Shown in pieces: positions 45,661 to 55,332 of a stretch of DNA of 64,000 bases. The notes below the pieces were generated by a model. That model was not told the origin of the DNA, made no database searches, and saw only the letters and a program-made list of their open reading frames with translations. Source of the DNA: Actinomycetes bacterium (GTDB lineage Bacteria > Actinomycetota > Acidimicrobiia > Acidimicrobiales > JAJYXR01). A program made the translations under genes and the position numbers. Positions within the stretch are counted from its first letter, which is position 1. Every line of letters starts with the position of its first letter. The stretch covers positions 5,052 to 69,051 of the forward strand of contig JAJYXW010000034.1 of NCBI GenBank assembly GCA_021801525.1. Reading direction: 5' to 3'.

Positions 45661-47706
45661 TCAGAGCCCGAGCACGTCCGATACGAAGTCGATCTCCATC
45701 ATTGCCGCCCTCTCCATGGTGGCAGCCAGCCGGAAACCGTGACCCTCGCCCTCGAACACGACGTGGTCGCAGCGCACGCCCATCCTCCCGAGTGCTGCTG
45801 CCATGTCCGCTGCCTGGTTGGGTGGAACGACCGGATCCTTCGACCCCTGGAGGAGCAGCACAGGCACCTTTATCTCCTCGGGATGGTGCGCTGGAGATCG
45901 CTCCGCGTAAGTGGACGCCGCATCCGGCAGGGCCCCCAGGAGCCCGTCGAGGTATCGCGACTCGAAGTCGTGGGTGTCATTTGCCAGGGCTTCTAGGTCG
46001 GTCACGCCGTAGACCGACACCGCAGCCGCGAAGCACGTCCCCCTGGCTGCGGCCCTGAGTGCAGTGAAGCCGCCAGCGCTCGCACCCCGAACGACCATTC
46101 GAACCGGGTCCGCCAAGTCGCTCCGAGCGAGCATCTCCGCGGCGGCGATGCAGTCGTCGGCATCCGCGATCCCCCAGTTGCCGCGCAGCATCTCACGATA
46201 GGCCCGGCCATATCCACACGAACCGCGGTAGTCCACGCCCGCCACCGCGAAGCCCCTAGTCGTGAACATCTGCACGCCAAGGTCGAGTGCAGGATCGGTG
46301 CAGGAAGTCGGTCCGCCGTGGCAGAACACGACGAGGGGAGGAAGCTCGCCCGGCATGCCCTCCGCCAGCTGTCCCCGAGGCGGGTAGTAGAGCAGGGGGA
46401 CGCCGACGCCGTCTGGCGCCTTCGCCACCATCGGGCGCGGCGTGGACACCATGACTTCGGCGAGCACGCGCCGGCCCGGCAGGTGGACCAGCCTGCTGCC
46501 TCTCCCGTCCGCTGACGGCTCGGTCGCCGCTTGCCCCCAATCGCCCTGCCCGCTCTTCTCCGGGCCCGTCCTCGGGCTCTTCATCGCGCGCGCAGGCAGC
46601 ACGTAGAGGCCGGCCGGCTCCACTGGCGTCGCGCCGACCACCACCAGCTCACTCCCTGCGGCGCAAAGCGCGGCCACGGAGGTGCACGGCTGGGAAAGCT
46701 CGGTGAGCTCACCCGCTCGGGGATCGAGCAGCCCCAGATGATCACGCCCCCCATGACGCCAGCGGCAAGCCAGCTCGCCCTCGGGCATGACAGCCATGGT
46801 CGCCTGGCCGAGAACCCAGTCGGGGAGGTGGAAGTCGGCCTCGATCCCGCAGGCGAGCTCCGGATCGCCACCGGAAACGGCCCGCCACGGCTGCCACCAG
46901 CCGCCGGCGTCGGACACGAACCACAGCTCACCCGAGGGTCCCCAGGTTGGCTGGCCCACCGACACGCCGGCCCCTCCCGCGATCCTTCGCCCCCCCGACA
47001 AGGCCGGCAGCGCCTGCTCCGCCTGCAGCGCCTCCACGCTGGAGGAGTCGCTGCCTACCGATGGCTCCGCCCCGATGTCCGCGATCCACAGCTCACTCTC
47101 GTCCCAGGGCATGCACGGGTGGTCCCAACAGGTCCACGCGAGCCGCCGGCCGTCGGGATCCGGGCGCGGAGCGGCATAGAAATCCCGCCCGGAGGCCAGC
47201 ACGACGGCGTGCTCGACAGCGTCACCGCCACCCGCAGCGCCGAGCGCGACCAGCTCGTGTGTGACCCCATCTCGATGGTGGCGTTCTCGCAGCGCGACGA
47301 TCCAGCCCGTCTCGCCCACGGCGCGCATGTCGGCGTAACGGTGCTCCTCCCCCTCCGGCGCAACCGGCGTGATCCTGAGAGGAACGCCTCCCGGGGCGAG
47401 GGTCCAGATCGCCTGCGAAGAGCTCTCCACGTAGAACAGCACGCCACCGGCCACGAGGAACGACCCACCGCCGTACTCGTGCACCCTGCTCCTCACGCTC
47501 ACTCCGGCAGGCGACACCCGCACCGGCGGCCGGTCGCCGGCCAGCAAAGCCTGCATCACCACCTGGGAACCACCTTCCTCCGGTCGGCTCTCGGACCACC
47601 AGGCCCGATCGCCCTCCACGAAGAGGCCGGAGAGTGACCTGCGTCCTGCCGGGAGCATCGAGGGGTCGAGTGGGGACGGCCAGGTGCCGAAGGGAGCTCT
47701 CCTCAC
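45661..47706 (-). CDS. S9 family serine peptidase (prolyl oligopeptidase / acylaminoacyl-peptidase-like)
   Basis: N-terminal beta-propeller-like region. C-terminal alpha/beta hydrolase with GASAGG nucleophile motif and ..DPVVP.., ..GEGHGF. Confidence 0.85.
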   Translation of the reverse strand: MRRAPFGTWPSPLDPSMLPAGRRSLSGLFVEGDRAWWSESRPEEGGSQVVMQALLAGDRPPVRVSPAGVSVRSRVHEYGGGSFLVAGGVLFYVESSSQAIWTLAPGGVPLRITPVAPEGEEHRYADMRAVGETGWIVALRERHHRDGVTHELVALGAAGGGDAVEHAVVLASGRDFYAAPRPDPDGRRLAWTCWDHPCMPWDESELWIADIGAEPSVGSDSSSVEALQAEQALPALSGGRRIAGGAGVSVGQPTWGPSGELWFVSDAGGWWQPWRAVSGGDPELACGIEADFHLPDWVLGQATMAVMPEGELACRWRHGGRDHLGLLDPRAGELTELSQPCTSVAALCAAGSELVVVGATPVEPAGLYVLPARAMKSPRTGPEKSGQGDWGQAATEPSADGRGSRLVHLPGRRVLAEVMVSTPRPMVAKAPDGVGVPLLYYPPRGQLAEGMPGELPPLVVFCHGGPTSCTDPALDLGVQMFTTRGFAVAGVDYRGSCGYGRAYREMLRGNWGIADADDCIAAAEMLARSDLADPVRMVVRGASAGGFTALRAAARGTCFAAAVSVYGVTDLEALANDTHDFESRYLDGLLGALPDAASTYAERSPAHHPEEIKVPVLLLQGSKDPVVPPNQAADMAAALGRMGVRCDHVVFEGEGHGFRLAATMERAAMMEIDFVSDVLGL

Positions 47707-47728
47707 AGTTTGGCTAGCGTAACCGAGC

Positions 47729-48763
47729 GTGCAGCCGGCAGATCCTTTCGACGCCTACGTCGTGGAGCGTGACGGGGACGAGATAGCCCATGGACTGCGC
47801 AAGTTGCGCCTTGCAGACCTCCCCGAAGGCGACGTGCTGGTCAGGGTCGAATGGTCCGGGGTCAACCACAAGGATGCGATGGTCACGGAACCCGGCAACC
47901 GGGTCGCTCGCGTGTCGCCGCTGGTACCCGGAGTAGACCTCGCTGGAGTGGTAGAGGAGAGCACTGTCGCGGGAATCGATCCGGGCACGGAGGTGATAGC
48001 CGGCGGCTTCGACATCGGTGTGAGCCGCCACGGAGGCTTCGCTGCTTATGCCCGGCTTCCCGCAGATTGGGTCATGCCGGTGCCCCACCACCTGACGGGG
48101 CGCCGGGCCATGATAGCGGGCACAGCAGGGCTCACGGCCATGATGTCGGTGGAGGCCCTAGAGGCGCACGGGCTCGAGCCCGGCCACGGTCCGGTGCTCG
48201 TGACCGCGGCCTCCGGCGGTGTCGGGTCCTTTGCCGTGGCAGCTCTCTCCTCCCTCGGGTACGAGGTGGTGGCGAGCACCGGCAAGGCGACGGAGCGCGA
48301 TTGGCTCATGGCGCTAGGTGCCTCGGAGGTGATAGGCCGAGAGGACCTCGACACCGCACCAGGACGCTTCCTGGCTCCAGAGCGCTTCGCAGGCGCAATA
48401 GATCCAGCTGGTGGTCGCACGCTCTCCCTGGTGCTTCGCTCCCTGCGCTACGGGGCGGCCGTCGCGGCCAGCGGGATCGTGGCAGGCGACAGCCTAGAGG
48501 GAACGCTCTACCCCTTCATCATCCGGGGCGTGTCTCTGATTGGCATAGACAGCGTCCTCGCCCCTTCGAAGCGGCGGGAGCAAGCCTGGGCCAGGCTCGC
48601 CACAGCCATCGATGCCGCCACCTTCGAGAGCCTGATCGCTCGTGAGGTCACTTTGCCCGAGCTGCCAGATGCCATTGCAGACGTCCTGGCGGGTAGGGTG
48701 CGAGGTCGGGTGCTGGTTCGCGTGGCGCCGAGTGCACATGGTGCCTCCGGGACCGAGCACTAG
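47729..48763 (+). CDS. MDR-family NADPH:quinone/acrylyl-CoA reductase (YhdH/AcuI-like)
   Basis: VLVRVEWSGVNHKDAMV, TAASGGVGSFAV, and ~340-aa length. Confidence 0.8.
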   Translation: MQPADPFDAYVVERDGDEIAHGLRKLRLADLPEGDVLVRVEWSGVNHKDAMVTEPGNRVARVSPLVPGVDLAGVVEESTVAGIDPGTEVIAGGFDIGVSRHGGFAAYARLPADWVMPVPHHLTGRRAMIAGTAGLTAMMSVEALEAHGLEPGHGPVLVTAASGGVGSFAVAALSSLGYEVVASTGKATERDWLMALGASEVIGREDLDTAPGRFLAPERFAGAIDPAGGRTLSLVLRSLRYGAAVAASGIVAGDSLEGTLYPFIIRGVSLIGIDSVLAPSKRREQAWARLATAIDAATFESLIAREVTLPELPDAIADVLAGRVRGRVLVRVAPSAHGASGTEH

Positions 48764-48786
48764 CTGAGCGAAGACGGCGCCAGCGG

Positions 48787-48815
48787 GCCTCGGAGGCCTC
48801 CGAGGCCTCCGAGGC
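48787..48815. repeat. 9-bp x3 repeat/palindrome between convergent yhdH-like and BFN genes
   Basis: gcctcggag gcctccgag gcctccgag. 48786-48807 is a perfect palindrome (ggcctcggagg|cctccgaggcc). Confidence 0.85.
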
Positions 48816-48825
48816 AGGGGCCGCC

Positions 48826-49329
48826 TCAGGCTCCGAAATCCTCGGGACGCACCTGCTCCAGGAACTCGCGGAACTCGCCCACCAGCTCTTCGGGCGTGGC
48901 GTCTTCCTCGTCCTCGTCGTCATCCTCGGGGAGCATGAGGCCCTCGGCGTCCATGAGGTCGTCGCTCACGAACAGGGGGCTACCTGTCCTCACTGCTAGG
49001 GCCACTGCGTCCGAAGGACGAGCCGACACGCTCACGTGCTTGCCTCGCTGGAGGAAATGAAGCTCCGCGAAGTACGTCTTGTCCCTCAGCTCTGTGATGA
49101 CGACCCGCTCGAGCTCGGCTCCGAGCGCGTCGACGAGGTTCTGCATGAGGTCGTGGGTCATCGGTCGGGGTGTCACCACTCCCTGGACCGCGAACGCTAT
49201 GGCTGTCGCCTCGGGGGGACCCACGAAGATGGGCAGCGTCCTACCCAGCCCGGAGGTCTCTGTCAGAAGCAGCACGGGCGTCTGCGACTGCAGGTCGACC
49301 CGTACAGCACCCAAGCGCACCTCGACCAT
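48826..49329 (-). CDS. Bifunctional nuclease (BFN/DUF151) family protein
   Basis: PVLLLTETSGLGRTLPIFVGPPEATAIA...TPRPMTHDL... is typical DUF151. Position matches Rv1829 in the gcvH-garA cluster. Confidence 0.85.
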   Translation of the reverse strand: MVEVRLGAVRVDLQSQTPVLLLTETSGLGRTLPIFVGPPEATAIAFAVQGVVTPRPMTHDLMQNLVDALGAELERVVITELRDKTYFAELHFLQRGKHVSVSARPSDAVALAVRTGSPLFVSDDLMDAEGLMLPEDDDEDEEDATPEELVGEFREFLEQVRPEDFGA

Positions 49330-49338
49330 ACCTGTAAC

Positions 49339-49901
49339 TTATCGCCGGTAGAGATGCTCTACATACGCGTCCGGGTTCGCCAGCACCACCTCCTCGTCGC
49401 CCACAGCGACGGCCGGCAGGTTGCGGTAGCGCTCTGCGAAGCCGAGCCCGTAGCCGAGCAGCAGCTCCGCGGGGGCTTCGTAGCCGACGAAGCGAAGCGG
49501 AACCGGCACTATGCGCCGCGAACGCCGGTCGAAGAGGGTGCAGACCTCGAGACTCGCCGGTCCGCGTCGCTTCAGCTCCCCGAGGATGTACGAGCACGTG
49601 AGACCAGTATCGACCATGCACTCCAACACCACGATGTCCTCGCCACAGATGTCGTGATCGAGATCCTTCACAATCCGCACCCGACCGGTTCCCGGTGCGT
49701 ATGGCGAGATCCCGAGGAAGTCCACGCTGCATGGCACGCAGACGCGCCGTAACAGGTCCGAGGCGAAGAAGATGCTTGCCTTCAGCACGCAGACGAACTG
49801 GACACCGTTCGGGTATGCCGCCGATATCTCCCCGGCGAGCCGGCGGACGGTCGAGTCGAGCTCGTCATATCCGAAACCGGCACGAGCTTCCGCCGCCCCG
49901 T

Positions 49902-49905
<4 letters not shown>
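49339..49905 (-). CDS. Hypoxanthine phosphoribosyltransferase-like protein with non-canonical active-site residues
   Basis: Type I PRT fold aligns to HPRT (VCVLKAS.., VDF.., DIVVLECMVDTG, LFDRRSRR, FVGYE..LLGYGLGFAERYRNLP). The equivalents of human D134, K165 and D193 read C, R and G. ATGA overlap with the merR stop. Confidence 0.7.
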
Positions 49906-50971
<1,066 letters not shown>

Positions 50972-50975
<4 letters not shown>

Positions 50976-51457
50976 TCCTCGTCCGCCGCCGCCAGGTACA
51001 CGAGCTTGAACTTGCCTATCTGCACCTCGTCCCCGCTGGTGAGGCGGGCCTCTTCGATGCGTTCGCGGTTCACGTAGGTGCCGTTCAACGAGCCGACGTC
51101 ACGGAGCGTGTAACCGCCCCCCTCGCGCACGAACTCCACGTGACGCCTGGACACGGTGATGTCGTCGAGAAAGATGTCACTCTCCGGATGCCGTCCGGCT
51201 TTCGTCACCTCGTTGCCGAGAAGGTAGCGCGAACCGGCGTTCGGGCCCCTCCGTATCACGAGCAGCCCGGCCCCGTGCGGCCGCTCCGGCAGCGCGATGC
51301 CGGGATCGTCATCAGCCCCCGCGCCGGGGGCGTCCACCGGGTGGAAGGTCACGGTTGTATCAGAGGCAGCCTCGGACAGAGCGGAGCCACACGACGAGCA
51401 GAAGTTTGCCCCAGGCGGGTTCCGATGGCCACAGGTGCTGCAGAACACGGTCCCCAC
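50972..51457 (-). CDS. garA: FHA-domain regulator GarA/OdhI-like with N-terminal zinc ribbon
   Basis: The FHA core is nearly identical in pattern to GarA (RRGPNAGSRYLL...AGRHPESDIFLDDITVSRRHVEF...DVGSLNGTYVNRE...GDEVQIGKFKLV). N-terminal CSTCGH..CSSCG zinc ribbon. DTTVTF resembles the GarA ETTSVF phospho-site. Confidence 0.85.
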
Positions 51458-51488
51458 GCTAGCCTCTTACCGCCAACACGCGGGCAGC

Positions 51489-51869
51489 TCAGCCCTCGAT
51501 CAGGCGGCGATAGCCTGCCCCGTCCAGGAGGCCGTCCCAGGCACCGGCGTCGTCCGGCTGGATATCGCATATCCAACCCTGCACGTAGGGATCGCTGTTC
51601 AGCAGCTCGGGATGGCTCTCGAGGGCGGTGTTCACAGCGCTCACGACTCCGGCCACGGGCGCATAGATCTCCGACACGGACTTCGTCGACTCCACCTCGC
51701 CGAGCAGGCCGCCTGCCTCGACGCGCGCGCCAAGGGCGGGGGCCTGCACGTACACCACGTCTCCGAGCGCGTCCTGCGCGTAGTCGGTTATGCCGACCCG
51801 CACGGTGCCGCCGTCGAGGCGCGCCCATTCGTGATCCTCTGTGTAGCGGACATCCTCGGGAACGAGCAT
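51489..51869 (-). CDS. gcvH: Glycine cleavage system H protein
   Basis: VESTKSVSEIYAPVAG lipoyl-lysine motif. 126 aa. Confidence 0.95.
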   Translation of the reverse strand: MLVPEDVRYTEDHEWARLDGGTVRVGITDYAQDALGDVVYVQAPALGARVEAGGLLGEVESTKSVSEIYAPVAGVVSAVNTALESHPELLNSDPYVQGWICDIQPDDAGAWDGLLDGAGYRRLIEG

Positions 51870-51920
51870 CGAGGGAACGATACCTGAACACGCCGGACGC
51901 TGCCTCAGTGCTTCGGATCC

Positions 51921-54407
51921 TCAGCGCAGCGCCTGGCGGATCCTCACCGCGTACTCCTGCGCCCGCGCCCTGGCAGAGGCGGCCGTCGGCCCCTCGGCCC
52001 AGACGTGCGTCTCGGGCTCCTCCGGGTCCGGCACGACGAGCACCCAGCCGTCGTCCTCGCACACCTTCACGCCGTCGACGAGCACGACCTTGCGGCCCTT
52101 GGCCCGCTCCACCATGGTCCGCATGACCGTGCCCTTCTGCTCCCAGGGCGTCACCACTTGCTGATGGGCGAGGTGGAAGCGAGGGATCGACCCGGACAGC
52201 TTCGACAGGCGCTCGCCCGTCTTGGCCAGCAGCGACAACAGGTGGACGAGCGTCGCCACCGCGTCGAAGGCGGGAAGGAAGGCCGGGAACACGAACCCTC
52301 CGAGCTGGCTCGCTGCAAACGCGACGCCTCCTCCGGCGGAGACCTCGAGCAGATGGCGGGTCGATAGCTTGGTCCAGACGACCTTGGAACCGTGCTCGGC
52401 GCATATGCTCTCCGCTGCCATCGGGGCTGCCACCGGGAGCGCCACCGATGCCCCTGGGCTCGCAGAGACGACCAGAGCCGTCATCAGCAAGAGTGCCTCG
52501 TCGTCCGAGAGGATCCTCCCCTCGCCGTCCACGAGAGTCAGGCGCTCGCCGCCGGACTCGATCACCGCACCCAGGTGTGCCCCCGAAGCCCTCACCAGGT
52601 CCGCGACCCGTTCGGCAGCTGACAGGCGGTCGACCGCCATGACGGCGGCGGTGCTCGCGTAGGGGTTCACGACCAGTACGTCGGCTCCCAGCTTCGCGAG
52701 GACGTTGGGCATGACGAAGCTGGCGGTCCCAAAGGAATAGTCGAGCACAAGCTTGAACCCGGCCTGCTCTATGGCCGCCGAGTCGACAGAGGCAACCAGC
52801 GCTGCCGTGTAGAACTCGAGAGCACGAGGAGGGTAGCCGATGTCACCGATCTCTGCGGCGGGCATCCGCCGGAACTCCTCTCGGTGGTACAGGCGCTCCA
52901 CCTTTCGCTGGGCCGATTCGTCGAGGTCGATGCCGTCCTGGTCGAAGAAACGGATCACCACCGACTGCGGATCGCCCTCGGCCAGGCGCACGGTCACCCC
53001 GCCTTGGCTTGCAGAGGACCTGACCTGCAGGCACGTGACCGGTACGGTCGCTACCTCCAGGTCGTCCACGCTGACACCGGCAGCGTTGCACCCCACCATG
53101 ACGGCGCGCTTCAACACCCGCGCCGCCCGGCTCGTGTCGCGCGAGGCCGTGATCGTGGTGCCCTTCTCCAGGGTGCTCGCCCATGCCATCGACAGGCGCA
53201 GTGCGAGCTCCGGGCTTATGTCGACATTGGCGAGCCCAGAAACCCCCTGGCGCCCGAAGAGGCTCCGCGCTCCCTTGGACTCCCAGACGATGGACGAGCT
53301 CACGGTAGCGCCGGCCTCGACGGTCTTGAAGGGGTACACCTTCACCCCCTGACGCACCACGGCCTGGGCTCCGACGAAGCACTCCTCACCGAGGACGACC
53401 CCCTCCTCGCATCGCGCTCCCTGGCGCAGGTCAGACGACCGTCCGATGACGCACCCCTCGAGGCGGACACCCGGGCCGAGGAAGCAGCCCTCGTGCAGGA
53501 CCGACCGCTCGACTACGGCGTTGTCCCCCACCCTGACGTTAGGACCGACCACGCAGTACTCCCCGATCCTGGCGCCCGAGCCCACCCGGCAGTTGTCGCC
53601 GATGATCGCGGGGCCGTCTACCACCGCAGCCGGGTCCACCTCGGCTCCCTTGCCGAGCCACACGCCAGGACGGAGCTCGAAACCGCCCACCTGCACCTTC
53701 ACTCTCTCGTCAAGCACGTCCTGGTGCGCGCGCACGTACGCGTCGATGGTGCCCACGTCCTCCCAGTAACCCTCCGCCACGTAACCGAAGATCGGGCGGC
53801 CGGCCTGCAGAACGGCAGGGAACACCTCGCCCGCGAAGTCCGCGGGTCGGCCCTCGGGGATGAAGTCGAATATCTCGGGCTCGAGCACGTAGATGCCGGT
53901 GTTGATCGTGTCGCTGAAGACCTGCCCCCATGTGGGCTTCTCCAGGAAGCGCTCGACCGCACCGTCTTCCCTCGTGATCACTATCCCGAACTCGAGCGGG
54001 TCCTCCACCGCCTGAAGAGCCAACGTAGCGAGCGCGCCCTTCTCCTCGTGGAAAGCGACCACTGCAGCGAGGTCCACGTCGGTCAGGACGTCTCCCGATA
54101 TGACGAGAAAGCGCTCGTCGAGCTCGTCGCGGGCGTTGCGGATGGAGCCCGCCGTGCCGAGCGGCGTTTCCTCTGCCGCGTAGGCCATGCGGACGCCGAA
54201 CTCCGAGCCGTCGCCGAAGTACGTCCGGATTGCGTTGGCCATGAAGGCCACCGTCACGACGATGTCAGCAAACCCGTGCTCTCGAAGCAACAGGACCACA
54301 TGCTCCATCAGCGGCCTGTTGACCATCGGCAGCATCGGCTTCGGCTGGTTGGACGTGAGCGGCCTGAGCCGTGTGCCCTCGCCGCCGGCCATTATCACTG
54401 CCTTCAT
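51921..54407 (-). CDS. Fusion of sugar-1-phosphate nucleotidyltransferase (ManC/GlmU-like, with LbH) and phosphomannomutase/phosphoglucomutase
   Basis: MKAVIMAGGEGTRLRPLT start, left-handed beta-helix hexapeptide region, C-terminal PGM/PMM domains. ATG 54407 gives 828 aa. The 1069-aa ORF is over-extended through an intergenic repeat. Confidence 0.85.
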   Translation of the reverse strand: MKAVIMAGGEGTRLRPLTSNQPKPMLPMVNRPLMEHVVLLLREHGFADIVVTVAFMANAIRTYFGDGSEFGVRMAYAAEETPLGTAGSIRNARDELDERFLVISGDVLTDVDLAAVVAFHEEKGALATLALQAVEDPLEFGIVITREDGAVERFLEKPTWGQVFSDTINTGIYVLEPEIFDFIPEGRPADFAGEVFPAVLQAGRPIFGYVAEGYWEDVGTIDAYVRAHQDVLDERVKVQVGGFELRPGVWLGKGAEVDPAAVVDGPAIIGDNCRVGSGARIGEYCVVGPNVRVGDNAVVERSVLHEGCFLGPGVRLEGCVIGRSSDLRQGARCEEGVVLGEECFVGAQAVVRQGVKVYPFKTVEAGATVSSSIVWESKGARSLFGRQGVSGLANVDISPELALRLSMAWASTLEKGTTITASRDTSRAARVLKRAVMVGCNAAGVSVDDLEVATVPVTCLQVRSSASQGGVTVRLAEGDPQSVVIRFFDQDGIDLDESAQRKVERLYHREEFRRMPAAEIGDIGYPPRALEFYTAALVASVDSAAIEQAGFKLVLDYSFGTASFVMPNVLAKLGADVLVVNPYASTAAVMAVDRLSAAERVADLVRASGAHLGAVIESGGERLTLVDGEGRILSDDEALLLMTALVVSASPGASVALPVAAPMAAESICAEHGSKVVWTKLSTRHLLEVSAGGGVAFAASQLGGFVFPAFLPAFDAVATLVHLLSLLAKTGERLSKLSGSIPRFHLAHQQVVTPWEQKGTVMRTMVERAKGRKVVLVDGVKVCEDDGWVLVVPDPEEPETHVWAEGPTAASARARAQEYAVRIRQALR

Positions 54408-54453
54408 GCCTGCGCCACTCCGGTAGAGATATCCAACCTCCTCAGCGTGCTCG

Positions 54454-54579
54454 CCGTCTGCTCGATCACAACCGTATGCCGGGTCACAACCGTCTGCTCG
54501 ATCACAACCGTATGCCGGGTCACAACCGTCTGATGGTTCACAACCGTATGCCGGGTCACAACCGTCTGATGGTTCACAA
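54454..54579. repeat. 18-bp x7 tandem array (alternating variants A B A B C B C) between pgsA and the nucleotidyltransferase/PMM gene
   Basis: A = ccgtctgctcgatcacaa, B = ccgtatgccgggtcacaa, C = ccgtctgatggttcacaa. Exact 18-bp phasing from 54454 to 54579. Confidence 0.97.
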
Positions 54580-54613
54580 GCCCCGGCACCGCCGTGCTCA
54601 CCCCTCCACGACG

Positions 54614-55234
54614 CTAACCCGCCCGAGCACGCCTGGCACGCCCACCTCGCCCGGCGAGCGCCCTGCGAGCGGCCGGCACGTACGCGCCCGCCGCAACCCA
54701 GGCGAGGACCAGCCCGGCAAGCCCGATCACCCAGGCCGCATCCTCGAGATCGCCCTGCCAGGCGGCCCTGCCGTCGGCAAGCAGGAATGTCGGGTAGGCG
54801 AACATGAGGGCGAAGGTCCCAGCCTTGCCCACCCAGAGCACGTCGATCCTCGATGCTCCCAGGGAAGCAAGTACCACAACGGCGAGCGACACCAACGCCT
54901 CGCGCACGATGGTGGCAAGACCGAACCACATCGGGACCGCTCCATACACGATCACCGAGACCACCGCCGTAGCCACGAGCGCACGATCGGCCGCGGGATC
55001 GAGCACCTTGCCGAGCGTCGACACCTGAGCAAGGCGCCTGGCCAGGAACCCGTCGACCCAGTCGGTGGCACCGAGAACGGCGAGCAAGATGGCCGCCAAG
55101 GTCTGCATCCTTTCGCCGAAGAGCAGCCACACGAACACCGGGAGCAAGGCCAGCCGGAGCGCTGTCAGCGCGTTCGGAATGGTGAGCACGCGCCCGAGGG
55201 AAGCGTCTTCATCCTCCTCTCTCCGGTGTTCCAC
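54614..55234 (-). CDS. pgsA: CDP-alcohol phosphatidyltransferase (PgsA/cardiolipin-synthase type)
   Basis: DWVDGFLARRL...GKVLDPAADR is the DG(x2)AR(x8)G(x3)D(x3)D motif. GTG 55234 preferred because ATG 55318 would force translation of an 8-bp (non-triplet) repeat. Confidence 0.8.
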   Translation of the reverse strand: MEHRREEDEDASLGRVLTIPNALTALRLALLPVFVWLLFGERMQTLAAILLAVLGATDWVDGFLARRLAQVSTLGKVLDPAADRALVATAVVSVIVYGAVPMWFGLATIVREALVSLAVVVLASLGASRIDVLWVGKAGTFALMFAYPTFLLADGRAAWQGDLEDAAWVIGLAGLVLAWVAAGAYVPAARRALAGRGGRARRARAG

Positions 55235-55260
55235 CGGGCCGAGTGTACGCCTGCTCGGCC

Positions 55261-55300
55261 CTGGCCTACTGGCCAAGTGGCCAACTGGCCAACTGGCCAA
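55261..55300. repeat. 8-bp x5 tandem repeat in the pgsA/MFS divergent region
   Basis: ctggccta ctggccaa gtggccaa ctggccaa ctggccaa. Confidence 0.9.
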
Positions 55301-55332
55301 CAGTTGACCCGTGCCCATGAGGGCGCGCGAGC

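Noticed and set aside
48786-48807. A perfect 22-bp palindrome between convergent genes as a bidirectional intrinsic terminator.
   Set aside because: It has no loop and no flanking U/A tracts, and it is part of a 9-bp slippage repeat. A terminator role cannot be supported from sequence alone.
54454-54579. Whether any tandem array (this one, 30968-31060, 14549-14654, and others) is a CRISPR array.
   Set aside because: Units are directly adjacent with no unique spacers, and are 6-57 bp rather than ~28-37 bp repeats alternating with spacers. No cas genes are in the window.
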